Assembly (NCBI GenBank): GCA_051362555.1
Contig: CM120645.1
Coordinates: 4,960,001-5,024,000, forward strand
DNA from: Lingula anatina
Lineage: Eukaryota > Animalia > Brachiopoda
DNA length: 64,000 nt
Direction: 5' to 3'
A program made the position numbers and the translations under genes. Of this stretch, positions 39,016-51,628 are shown one piece after another. Below the pieces are notes generated by a model. The model did not search any database. It saw only the letters and a program-made list of their open reading frames with translations, and was not told the DNA's origin. How positions within the stretch are numbered: position 1 is the first letter of the stretch; each line of letters opens with the position of its first letter.

Positions 39016-40537
39016 AATAAGACAACCTAAATATCAGTGCACGTCTGTGAATGGGCACATTAAGGAATGCTCTATGAACAAAAACAAGGACTTTACTGTA
39101 TTCCCATTTTATAACTTCACTAGGGAAACAACCCAACAGAAACGGAAATTGAAGAAAATCTATTTATCAATAAGTATAAACCTACATTAAACAGGTAACA
39201 GCATTGGTAAAAGCGACAATCAAACACCCATTGTTAGAGACCTCACATTGAGCCTTTATGACATCATATAGTAACCAAAATAAACAAACCCCCTGAAGAT
39301 GCAATGAAACCGGTCGGGGCAAAATAGCTGCTGTTCTTTTTTCATTTTATTATATAGGCCCTATATAAATAGTTCAGCACTCCCTTGATCTTAAACGGTC
39401 TAATAACTCAATCATTCAGTCAAAGTACACATTTAATAATCTGTAGATTAAAATATTTTATTTAATAATTTTCAAAAAACAAAAGACATTGTCTTGTCTT
39501 GGCTGCCAGTTGTAAAGAGCTCTAACACCATACAAAGGCATTATGACCTTTTTTCTTTTTTACTGATTTTGCAAAATTAGTTCATTTTTAACAGCGTATT
39601 AGAAGGAGTCTAAATGTAGTTCCCATTCCGATTTGGCCTCGTTTTCATTTGTCTCATGTAACGTTGAATTCGACCACAGTTCGTTGATAACCCTTCTAAG
39701 GCGATCAGCTGGTGAGTCTAAAGCCACGTTATCTTGTCTTGTCTCGACGCCATCTATTGGTGATATTTTACACAAAGAACCATTTAAGGATCCCACAATC
39801 CTTCGTAACCGCATGGAAGGTGACGCAACTGGGCAGGGACTACAACGGAAACAACAGATGCCATATGATGTTTACGAATGTAGTATACAATTCAGTGATC
39901 CGTTTCACAAAGAAACTTTTGCCCGAAAATTGGTCCAAAATTTTATACCAAGGTTTTAGCCAACTAAGTACTTTGACTCAAGATAAACCAGTTGTGGAAA
40001 AATTTAATGAAAGTTTCAAGTTTTCTTGTAACAGGAAATGTATTCCAAAGTTAATACCTTATTTGGGTTTCTTTTGTAGGAATCAATTTTCGGGATTCAC
40101 ATTATTTGTGAAACCGGCCCCGAGACATGTAGATTGATAAGGAAGAAACATAGATGTAGACGTGGTTTCTCACATAAAATATAACGCTTGTAACGGAATA
40201 CTTATACGTGCTGTAAGAATGAATCGAAACCACGTTTACCTTTGATTTCGAAATAGAAGCCTGCATTTTTACAAAGCAGTGCCACTCAGGAAGCTTGCAA
40301 TTATACAAAAATACGTTTAGCACTGATGGAGCGAACGTCAACAAATTACAAGAAAAAAAATTAATAGCTTTCGTACAAATAACCCAGTCATAACAGGATC
40401 GGATCCAGGATTATTTGAAGTTTGTGTGTGTAGGGGGGGGGGGGGGGCGTCCGAGAAAGCAAAGCCCCCAAGGACAGACACGGTAGAATATATACATGTA
40501 CAGACACATTCAACGTCTATATAATATAACAATATAA

Positions 40538-43500
40538 CTACTTAATATCTCCTTCCTCATCGATATCTGTTGGGAGGGAGCCCTCACTATAGATTTGATG
40601 CTTCCTTCTCATCAGTTCTTCCTGGTCCACTGGGGCTACTCTTTCATGGCAGGGAGAATATCTGTGTCTGCAAGTATATAAGCAAAAATACTGTTGGTTC
40701 GATGTTTTTGTTTGTTACTGGGTAAATCTAGTGAATACATATATTGCTATCATAATCACAGGCAGCAGTTCAGCGCGTTTCCATTAATAAAAAGAATTCT
40801 TTGGGGGGGGGGGGGGGGGTTAAAAACTATTTAAGACATTTAGACTGTGATAAGGATATTCTCATTTTTAGAGGATATACCGACAAAAGTTAATTAAATT
40901 TCCTCCTCATTGGATCTTATAAATATCTTGTTCTCATTTACATTTTAAATGAAAAATGAAAAAGAGGGTATTAGAACGGGAAACTACATGTATTTTCGAC
41001 TTCAAAATATGCTCTCACCGTCTCAACTACGATTCTTTCATTCTTTCAAGATCCTATACTTGTAACCAATGGCCCCTTAGCGAATCTCATTACAGTTATA
41101 TTTCCTTAAACTAATATAAGAAAGGACAAGGCATTTCGTGGTCGAAACGGTAAAAAAAGCATACTTTTTTAAAAAGATGAAGATCCCTATGATTGCAATC
41201 ACCACAATTATTGGAACAGTCACAGCCACGACCATAGCGGGAATACTGGACTGGACTGGAGTTTCTGTTGACGTCAATACTTTAGAGACTATAGAGTCGT
41301 TTGAGCAATAGCACGGACTAGCGTCTAAGATAGTAATGTTGGCAATTCGCCTTTGCGATTCTGAATGTTCAGCTGTAAAAATACTCAGCAGCAGAGTCCC
41401 ATTCATGACCGAATCACTTTGGGGGTAAGTGACGTAAAACGCAAGCATGACGTTGCTGCCGTTTAGTTGCTGAAACTGGGGAAGAACGTGCACGTCACTT
41501 GAAGAGAACGAAGATGGCAACGCCCTCCTGTAAAGACAAAAAGTCAAAATGATAAAGATTAAAAATATAAATAATAAAAGTGAAATGGGTTATGCCCCTT
41601 CCTTAAACTGTTTTTGTGCGATTTACTTTTTTTTCATCAGTACGCAAGAAGCAATGAAAATTTATTTTCCGAAAAATCAAAATGTTTGTGGCAAGAAGTT
41701 TTTTCCTCCTTTTGCGGGAACTGAAACACTACCGACAAAAGAAATTGTAACAAATATTTCCATTGATATTCGGGGAATGCATTGCTCACTTATGAATACA
41801 GCAAACCAAGCAGGGTAAAAATCACACACACCTTGATCGTAACCTAAATCTCTCGCAGTCGTGATTCCTGCAATATGACCTGCACACAGCAACTGCGTAA
41901 ATTTTGAACAAAGTAATTTTGCCAGATGGGTCCTGAAATATATGAAATATGCAGTATGATGGGACTTTTCCTCTTTAATTGCCCCCCATAATTGGATACA
42001 TTTACAGATAATAATATATGAAATTTGACATGTACATTGTTTTTACGTTAATTGCAATTTTGATTTACGTCTTGTTTTGATGCACAAAGTTACTATGAGT
42101 TTCTAATTCAAGAAAAGGAGAGAGAGAGAGACTAAATGCTACCTGGGTAGATGTTTCGATTTTGAAGTGGACCACAATGGCGTTCATCAGCCCAATAAGA
42201 TGAATATTTGGATCTGGGGTCGTCTGCACACCACTGGAATTGCATGCAGTCATACCTGGCATAGATACACACGGAATACTGGCCGCTGAGGTCCTGCCGG
42301 GGGGGTTTGTACTCGTCAAATTGGTCACAGCAGTACTACTTTTCCCAGTGGAAGGAGAAATTACGGAAGTTGTACCGTCTTCAGCAGGGGTGGATTGATA
42401 TTGGGTACTTCCGATGGATGAAACGGCAGAAGGACTGGACGTCAACATTTCTCGCGTCGTGGTCAGATCTGTAGTAGAAGTAATGGCGTTCTCATCTGAA
42501 ATAAAATTAAATGCATCTCAAACTAAGGGTTAAATACTTCAATTGAAAACTTTAATCATCGTTCAGGCAAGCTTAAGTCTTCTGTCACAAAGGAGTCGAC
42601 CCAGTTTTTATTGCGTGTCAAATAGCAGGCGCCATTTCAGGTTTAAAATTATGGACAAAATGATTAATAATTGTTTTTTTTTTAAATAAAAGTGTTTTAA
42701 TAATATATGTGTTTAATAATATATTTTATGATATGTACGATACTGAGTTATGTCTTCAACAAACGTTACAGAAACTCAGATGTTTTAATTAAACTGAAAA
42801 AACTCTCTCAAAGATACAACTATTAAAAGCGACACCTACCGATACACTCTCTAAAGTTAATTGCCCCAGTATGGGTGGTTGACGTTCCTGATGGACAATT
42901 GTGACAGATTGTTTGGCCGCGACTGTCTTGGTACGACCCAAGAGAACATACGTCACATCGCGATGACGTCACATTAAAGTAGTGGCCTCGGTCACAAGGT
43001 TCTAAATGATGAAATTTATTTTTTTAATTCACGGTGTATAAAATTGTATAATCTTGGCTATAATTGTTTTGATTGATATCAAAGGAAATTCTCTATCTCA
43101 AATGTTTTAATTTACACACTAGACTGAAGTATTACCAACCAAGACCTTTTTCAAAGTTTGTAAAATGTATTTTTACTAAATGATAAACAAAATGAATCTA
43201 TATATCATCCCAATAAATTTTTCATGGCAATATCCTAGTGTGAGTATTACAACTTTTGCTGAATGCCCAGTTTATGTCTATGAAGTAAACTTACCACATG
43301 CCCATCCTGTTGTATTTAGTACTGTTCCGGCGGGGCACTCTGGTTCGGTAATGTTGTAATGAACAACGATTTTCCCCTCTGTTAGTTGGCTTAAGCCGTG
43401 GACTTTACCTATCAAAGTCAGTTTATCTTCAAGTGAATTTGTCAAATTTGTACGGATTCTTGTCAACGTTAGAGTCGCTGCCATTCTCGCCGCCGTCTCG

Positions 43501-45866
43501 TTCGGTGAAGAGTTGGCGCCGAGTTGAGTAAAAATATAAAAATGTATCTTAAGTACATTTTTTTGGTTAAGACTTGTGCAGTTAACTGACTTCACCTCGT
43601 AGCCACACTCATTATCAGGACAATGAAAACTATAATTGCCCATTAATTGTATAAATTGGTCCTTGATGTATTTAAAGGCGGTGGAATTGTCTGCTTCGGG
43701 GCAGTGTTGTTTCCCGTACTGGAGCAGCATGGCCATCTTCATCGTAGCCTCAGTATCTAGAATCACCAAATTAACAAGCGGCCATGAATAAATAAGTCGA
43801 GCACATTTCTTGAAATTTGCTTGAACTTTGTAGGATTTAATAAAAATCTTACTGATTCTATTTCTTTGTTTTTTATTCATTTTTTTTTTTTTTTGAGGGG
43901 TGGGGGTCAAGCTGTATAAATGTATAGTGTACATTGGACAGGCAATTTATATCAGTGCAATTAACACATGGTCAAAAAATTTTAGTGAATTCTTTTCTGT
44001 ATTTTATCTTTCCTTTTATAAGGGATAACAACTGTTCATTTTGGCCAAAGCTACTTTTTTCGAAAATTTCGAAAATTCTTAGAATGATGATCAATAACTA
44101 TGTTTATATTGTAAATGACGCCTTGTCAACACATCGTATTTCTTTTTCGTACCAAATCCCCCTGGGGGCGACGATTTGCCCATTACATACACGGTAAGCT
44201 TAACCTTTGAACTAACGACAGCGCCCCCTCTACAGAAGTATACCTTTATTTTTCCTGGACCAGGTTTGTTACTAGAAAACGATAAAAAAAATCTCAAATC
44301 TGCTAAAATCTGCTAAAGGGCATCCTCTAGCTAATTACCGATATTTAGAGTAGAACTTACAGTGGCACCCGTCAACGTCTGTGGTTCCTTCGGTAAAAGT
44401 GGACTTCCACGGTGGACACTGGACGCACTGCAACTGGCCTTTTTCCGGCTGATACTGACCAATGGCACAGGGTTGGCACCTTGAATTGGTCAGATTATGG
44501 AAACTACCTTCTGGACAGAAATCTGGAAGTAGGAGTTTAGTGTTAGAATAAGAGCAGTCAGCAGACCGGCGTTGTTGTATTTGTAAATATATCAGTACAA
44601 CCCAATAGGTGTTTCGTAATATGTCTTTGAAATTAGAAAATAGTAGGCCCTTGAAAGCATGACCGACGTATTTCCATTTATTTAATTATTAAGATAATGA
44701 CTATTAATTTATAATACGTTTTTCTACAGAACGGCGACGACAAAATCATGGCATTTGCAAAAATTTTCTGCAAAAATTGGAGAGAATTGGAGATAAACTG
44801 ATGTGTAATTTAACTCTGATGACGCCACATAAAGTACTAACCGCATGTGACTGAGGTCACGTTGATGACTGATCCATTCGGACAGGTTGAATTTGACGGA
44901 CTTACGACGGAGAAATCTGCCAGCGACAGTGGGGATGCATGTGCACCATATATGAATTTTAACACACCATCATGGAATGCAACTGACAAATTTTGCTTTG
45001 TGGACTCGAGAGTTGATTTAGCTGCAGTGACAGCGTCACTGTAATTTCCTTCGATGAGTTGCACATTTAGAGTAAAGTGTACACCAATAAGACAACTGCA
45101 ACTAGTTCTCCGTCTTCTTAATATTTTAGGTAGGTTTCCAGATGTCCACTTAGGAAACAAATAATGCCCGATGTTGATACCTTTGTGGGAAGTCTCTCCA
45201 TTTTCTCTGTAATGTAGGGTTGAAGGCAAGTATTTCTTTCCTATCAAATATCTCCGTCTTTGTTTCGCATCCTTTATTATAATTTTAATATTTCTTTTTC
45301 TTCGCCCATCTCCATTTTGCCCTCCATCACAAGCTGCAATGACATACATGTACGTGTAGCTGCAGTTATGTTGGGTACAATTTGCGACCGTGTCCCACTT
45401 AGCCCCTTTCATCATTGTATGAAACGAAGGTTCCAGATCATCTGATGGCTCCGGACAAGAGTTCCTACGGAAAGTAGCTGTAACAGCCATTCTAATGGTT
45501 GGGCGTTCAGCGAGAACCTCTATGTAATGATAAAAAAGAGAAGTAAATGTATGAAAAAATTGGAATGGCAGGAAGACTGTGTGAAGCCTCAATCTCTGTC
45601 TATATGCCTATCTAATCTATTGCTCAAAACAAAACATTTAGCTTGCTCTCACAATTTGAAAACACTGAGAGAGAGAGAGAGAGAGAGAGATCCATCCTCT
45701 CAAAATGGCGTCTCTCGGAACTCGACACTTTTTACTTTCATTACTTTTTACCCCCATGTTTTCTTCATGCCGAAAATGTAAAATATACCAGTTCCTACTT
45801 ACCTCTACCTATTAATATCAGCCACGGCAAGATAATTCTGTACTGAATATTCTTTAAAATCGTCAT
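40538..45866 (-). CDS. Type I membrane glycoprotein, paralog B (same architecture as paralog A); 9 exons
   Basis: Exons 45866-45803, 45519-44842, 44522-44361, 43756-43295, 43001-42840, 42495-42143, 41932-41844, 41527-41165, 40667-40538. Splice sites are conserved and net exon-length differences from A are multiples of 3; ends DIDEEGDIK-TAG. Confidence 0.85.
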
Positions 45867-46566
45867 ATTTTGATAAAAAATAACCGTCTGTTTAGCTGTA
45901 GCTCAAAGTTCTGTGTTGTCGTCATGTCTCAATATAAACCGTATGAGGTCAACTTCATTGTAGATGGAGACAATGCGACCGCTATTATTTTTTCGCGTCA
46001 AAGGGTGTAGATTACGCTTTAGAAATGCACCACTAGGGGTATTTTTTCATACGTCATGAGGAAAGATTTTTTCCCCTCCTTCTTATGTTTCAGCAAACTT
46101 TATTGTACATAGAAGAAAAAGGCTTACTAACATATATTGACCAAGGCAGTTGAATATAAGCTTAATTCGAACACAATAGGCTATGTTTGCAGAAAGATCG
46201 AGAGGACGGTAAAATGGGTGATATTTTTATGCCACCTCCCAGCGGGCAAATTATGTTGTTTTAACGTTGAAACAACGTTGAACCATAACGTTGATAATAC
46301 GTTGGATTAACATTGGATTTGAAAGTTGACTAAACCTCAGATAACAACGTTGTATCAACGTCAGATAACAAGATTGTATCAAACCCAGTTGTTAGACAAC
46401 ATTCTTGCATGAAAATACATTAAAATGACCTGAAATGTTTTTATTTTTGGTACAAAACACAGGTACACAATTATAACGTACACTGTAAAAACATCCAAGT
46501 GCCTGCTTTGTCTGATTTTTTCAACCCATTTAGCTCCTAAGCATGTTTTGCTGCACCTAAGCATGG

Positions 46567-47054
46567 CATGGGCGTAACTAGGCATACGCACGGATGCACT
46601 GTGCGTACATTTTTTTTGGCCAGGGCTCCTTATCTCGAAAGGTTCGCTATGTTGCGAACGTGCGCAAGTGTCTCGATTCCATAAGCGATTCTATTTCGAA
46701 ATACGGGGTCATGGAATCGAGACGCTTGCGCACGTGCGGAACATAGCGAACCTTTCGAGATACGGAGCCCAGGATTATTCGAAGGGGGGGGGGTCCACGT
46801 ATGCAAAGTTAGCCTCCTTTTAAATAAATATACCGTTCTGGGTAACTAAGAATATTGAAACTTTTTTTTTAATTTCGAGAATATTTTTGACTAAATGATG
46901 ATTTTATTATTAATGGAAATTAAGCTGCGGTGTGTGGTACATATGCTGTGATTACGCTGTCCTCCATCTGTTGCGTAAGTCTATATTTTGTTGTACGTGC
47001 TGGGAATTTTAAAAATCTGAGCGTACAATTTTTAAAGGTCTGGTTACGCCCCTG
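46567..47054. mobile_element. CAGGGGCGTA-type TIR element with 5-bp TSD, nested
   Basis: Ends CATGGGCGTAACTAG / CTGGTTACGCCCCTG, flanked by CATGG on both sides. Confidence 0.8.
46624..46769. mobile_element. Palindromic Harbinger/Tourist-like MITE, innermost nested element
   Basis: Near-perfect inverted arms of about 59 bp (GGCTCCTTATCTCGAAAGGTTCGCTATGTT... / ...AACATAGCGAACCTTTCGAGATACGGAGCC) with 3-bp CAG duplication. Confidence 0.85.
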
Positions 47055-48058
47055 CATGGTACACCCTTTTAGCCTGGATGTGTTTAGCAGTAGGACATGT
47101 TTGATGGCTAAATATATATCTAGGGTATATATGTATGGCCTTTAAGTTAAAATGTCCAAGGCTTATATATATAACAAAGTCACAGTCACCTCAAACTGTC
47201 TATCTATAACAGGGCACCGAGAACTGTCAACTTTATTAACTACATTCCATCACATTTACAGCAAAGTATTCATCCTAGTGTTAGCTGACCTTGCAAGGAA
47301 TTCAGTTTATTGGAATGTATTTCTGAATAACAAGTTAAGCAAATTCACTAGTTCACTAAAGACACAAAACAACTGTCACTTTTACTTTAAACACTTTTTT
47401 TATTTTGATAAAGTTAGTTACAGTATTGATAAACAAAGTATCACGTTTTCAACAATTAATATTTTAAATTACAATCCATGTCTGCAAGGTTGTGTCAATG
47501 ACCAAAATACAACGTTGAGTCAACGTCACATTATGACGGTGTTTCAACGTGGCTGGATCAACGTTGATTTTACGTTGAATTCAGGTAGATCAACGGCAAT
47601 TCAACGTATCAACCTGTTTTCAACGATGATCCAACGCGACTATGCCTGCTGGGCTGGTGCTGTTTACATAAAAACATATTTCGATAGTTTCAGAGGCATT
47701 TTCCCCTAAAAACCATCACAAGATCCTGGAACGTGCCCACATGACTCGTATTTCTCCGCTTCTACAAACAAATCCTTTATCTTGAAATTGAAAGATACTT
47801 CTGGTTTATTTATTGCAACCAGCGATATATAACACAGAGAATAACTTTCTAAAATTTATCGCAATGAAAAGAAGGATTTACCTTTTACTAAATTTTCCCA
47901 CAATTTGAAAATGTATACAAAATCGTGTATCGACTTGTATAGAAAAAAAATACAGCTTGAGTATACGGGCTTTGTATGTGATTAACATAAATTCCGACTA
48001 TCCTAAATGTTTCATCTTTCAAACATGAAAATAGAATCGGTTGTAGAGATTTCTAAAT

Positions 48059-50314
48059 CAGTCATTTTTTGCTAGTGGTGCACTACAGGGGGGCCATAAC
48101 AAGAATGTTATTTAAATTTAGATAGCCAACCAAATTCTCATGACATCGTTGTGTATGTTTCAATAACAAATCAAAGAAGCTGCATGAGCAAGGAGGATGC
48201 TGTTATAAAAGCAAAATAAGAGAAAAAGCAGAAAATATATCGAAATTACCCTCAAAATGGCGTCCATTTTTGTGGAATTTCGACCCTACCTCTATTTAAG
48301 AACAGTTTGTTTAGGGTTTGAATGGATAATTGAAGCAGGAAATATATCTACTGCAAGAAGATATAATAAACAGAATGTGCAAATTGTTATTTAAATAAAA
48401 ATTTATTTGAAGTCACTGAAAAATGATCACTAAATTAGCGTAACTTACGATACATGCGGTGTCCCACCCCGATGAAAATTTCATCTAATCCTATCTTTCC
48501 GTATTAAAACTGTTCAATCGTCCAAAGTAGTATGTCGGTTAGTTTGTGTCACGAAGTCCATGATAATATCAATTTTCTTAAGAATTTCACATTTATTGCT
48601 CAGCAAGGTCGATTTTTCTTCACCGCGTCCCAATATAACGTTCGCCACGCTGAAACTTCAGAGATCGATTTTTATCAGACGGCTTTAAAATGCCGCGTGA
48701 AAATTATACATCGATAGCGATCTTCATCCATACTCACTAACTGATGACGTCTTACACACGAATGGCTTCTTTTGCACACTGAAAAACCAGCTCAAACTGG
48801 CGCGTGTCCCATTCTGATAACATGTCATGTCAGTGACGCTGTCGAGATAGGATGTGGGCACAGGTGTAATTCCTTCGATTTAACCGCCACAGGATTGTTT
48901 ATAGGGATCTTCTTTGTATGAAGGTGAGAAATAATGAGTTCCGTTTCATTTTTCTTCAATTGTTTCAACATATTTGTGTACCGATTGATTTTTACCATTC
49001 TATAAGTAGGGTGACTTCGTCTGAACTTTCGTTTTGCGTCTGTGTCACATGGGGGACTAAAGGTCATATTGAACATGGTGACGCGGTGATACCGCATTCA
49101 TGTTCTTTTGTTCTCGAAAACTCAATCATCGAAATTGAATTACTTTTTTTTAGTTTTGTCTTAAATAAAGCTGCTACACTGTATGTTTAAAATTTAACCG
49201 TCTGTAAAAACAGCAATAATGGATTACTCGCAACACTTACGTTACGCAATGAAGCACCGAAAATGGGTGAAGAAAATGTGTCTCAGTAATGCGTGTTTGC
49301 CACTCATAATGCACAGTACTTTGTTTGAATAAGCAATAAACTATTTGTGATCTTAGGTTATCCATTGCAGGGCCGTAGCCTCCGGGGGGGGGGGGGGGGG
49401 GGGGCAGGGGGGGCAGCTGCCCCCCCTGGAATTTGGAATTTTACACACCACACCCACCCCCCCTCGGTAGCTTCGCCCCTTTGTGTCCGCTTACTGCCCC
49501 CCTGGCATTTTGCTCAGGCTACGGCCCTGCATTGTTCGTTATCAGAGTTAACAGATTCTTTGTGTGATTTTTTTTCAGAATCCCAAGAGTGGATGCCTTA
49601 GTGAGCACAGAACAGATATCACCATTGGTCCACATATGTCAGGAAGAATGTTATAATTATGAACTTTGTGTTACACTGAACTTCATTTTGTTAAATTTTG
49701 TATTTAACTGAACTTTATTGTGTTAAAATAATAATAAAAAAATAATAATTCAGATAAAAAACTACAACCTGGAACATTCTTTAGATCAACTTTGTTCAGT
49801 GTGTGTCCCATGTGACAGAGTTACAGTAAATAAAATATCTGCATTATTCCTCTGTGTTTGTCAATTCTATTTTAAAAGCATGTGAAAGTGGTGTGCCCCT
49901 CATGATTGAAGTGTGTATGGATAATAGCAAAAATATTGTTACTATTTACATGATAAAAAGTTTTTGTACCCGCGTCAATAACGTTACCGTGACCCACATA
50001 TTCACCATTTTTATTAATTATGAAATGTGGATTAAATTCTTCAAACCCAGTTTTGAAGCATTGAGACAACACCCCCTTATGATTTAAACTAAAACTGAAA
50101 ACATTCCATTAGACTTTCATTAGTTTGTGCAAAATATATTACCCAGGGTAACGTGTCTTGGATTTGGTGGGTATAGCTGTTCAACTCTCCTGTGTGCCCT
50201 AAAAAGGGCAGCTGCTGTTTCCCTTTTTATGAAATGATAAACTGTGATGGTGTAGCTATCACATCGCAAAATTACAGCTTCGGTCAAATTCAACATTTTA
50301 ACAAAGAATGACAG
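48059..50314. mobile_element. 2.26-kb TIR insertion with 4-bp AAAT TSD (Sola1-like, apparently non-autonomous)
   Basis: Ends CAGTCATTTTTTGCTA / TAACAAAGAATGACAG, AAAT on both sides, absent at the matching site in unit A (about 38220). No transposase recognised; superfamily inferred from the AWWT target only. Confidence 0.7.
49368..49529. mobile_element. Short G/C-run TIR element with 5-bp TSD nested in 48059-50314
   Basis: Ends CAGGGCCGTAGCCT / AGGCTACGGCCCTG, flanked by CATTG on both sides. Confidence 0.85.
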
Positions 50315-51004
50315 AAATAGATATATTTAGAAATGAGATGAAACGCTCCAGGAAAACGAATCTTTAAGCGAATTTATCATACTTATTTAAGTTCAAGGTT
50401 AACTTCTCATTTCATATCATCTCGCTATAATTGAAGATTTTTTTACCTACTCATTTGGTTTGATCTTTTTAAAGATTTTAAAGACTTTTAAAGATGTTTT
50501 AATACAAATAAAACTAATATACTGCATATACATATTTTTATTTGGACACACAAAAAAGAAAATTTCATACATAATGTAATCAATATTATCGACATTTATC
50601 ATTTGATGATCTTTCCCCGGATCAATTTCAAATCTTTAATCCAATACAAGGGTTTGGGAAGTTGTCTATATGATCTCATCAAAAATATACTCACTATCAC
50701 TGTAAAGTATGTATTTACGGTAAAATTCCAGTCTAACATTTCCAATCACAGACTTATCCCTGTACAGCTGTGCAAACCTCAACATAGCAAAATATATGCT
50801 TAAAAATCTTGATTATAGGCAATAAATAACTAAATAAATAAATTTAAAAAACATGGGCATGGATGGCATATCATTAACATAAAGTAATTGGTGGCATGAC
50901 ACTGTTTGTATTGACTCGAGCTAACCGCCCACCATATTGTCTAATGCCATGCATCTTCACGGATCTTTATTCCACGAAATAACAAAAAAGCTGATTAAAA
51001 GTCA

Positions 51005-51056
<52 letters not shown>

Positions 51057-51628
51057 TTCTTTTGGCACTCTTTAAGCATAAAATTTCAAAAAGAATACTT
51101 TTCGTAATACTGGTATACAAGTTGGTTGTCGGCATTTCTTTACAATTACATTATATTTTATGGACATCAAAAAGACGCTATGGTCTTTCTGTCCTTTAAA
51201 ATTCACGTTAAAAAATGGAACACCAGCGCAGTAAGGGAAGGAGCGGCCATGAACAAGTTAGGCTGCAGATACTACTAGTATTTACTGATTTGCTAACTTC
51301 AAAGTACGAACATACACGTATGCCTAAATTTAGGGCAGGCTACATGACTATAGAACGTCATCTATCACGTCATATTCTTTGAGCAAGCTGAAGTATGACG
51401 TCACATTACTTGATAATTGAATCACAGACAGCCCTTAATACCAAAGTATTCATGACATAGTTCTTAAACACAATTGCAGCAAAGTAACTTCCAATAAAAC
51501 GCAAACCTTTGACAGGACGGAATAACATTACCAGGACGGAATAACTATAAAAGCTTATTAGACAATGTTCTAAAAATTCTTCTCTGAATTACTAAAGACA
51601 ATGTTCATCTTTCGATTAAAAAATAAAA

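Larger units (their letters stand above)
46481..47092. mobile_element. CACTG-terminated TIR element nested in 46238-47653
   Basis: Left CACTGTAAAAACATCCA, right TGGATGTGTTTAGCAGTA (imperfect inverse); right end slightly eroded. Confidence 0.55.
46238..47653. mobile_element. Non-autonomous CMC/EnSpm-like element with 2-bp TSD (outer member of a nested stack)
   Basis: Ends CCCAGCGGGCA / TGCCTGCTGGG, CT duplicated on both sides, arrays of AACGTTG/CAACGTT subterminal repeats; the empty site GCCACCTGGTGCTG is present in unit A (about 37810). Confidence 0.85.
39374..51134. repeat. Tandem segmental duplication, unit B (about 11.8 kb including two large insertions)
   Basis: Same start and end sequences as unit A; extra blocks at 46238-47653 and 48059-50314; separated from unit A by a 358-bp non-duplicated spacer. 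Confidence 0.95.

Noticed and set aside
39599-40137. Overlapping ORFs here and at 30622-31095 as a duplicated gene or transposase
   Set aside because: Stop positions differ between copies and no domain motif is recognisable.
46255-46400. Repeated AACGTTG/CAACGTT units resembling a CRISPR-like or operator array (also 47505-47640)
   Set aside because: Units are short and irregularly spaced, and sit at both ends of a TIR/TSD-bounded insertion; they are transposon subterminal repeats.
46624-46769. Long hairpin as a possible pre-miRNA or structured RNA
   Set aside because: It has a target-site duplication and is nested in other transposons, so a MITE is the simpler explanation.
47152-47709. 185-aa ORF
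   Set aside because: It crosses the transposon boundary at 47653 and translates subterminal repeats.
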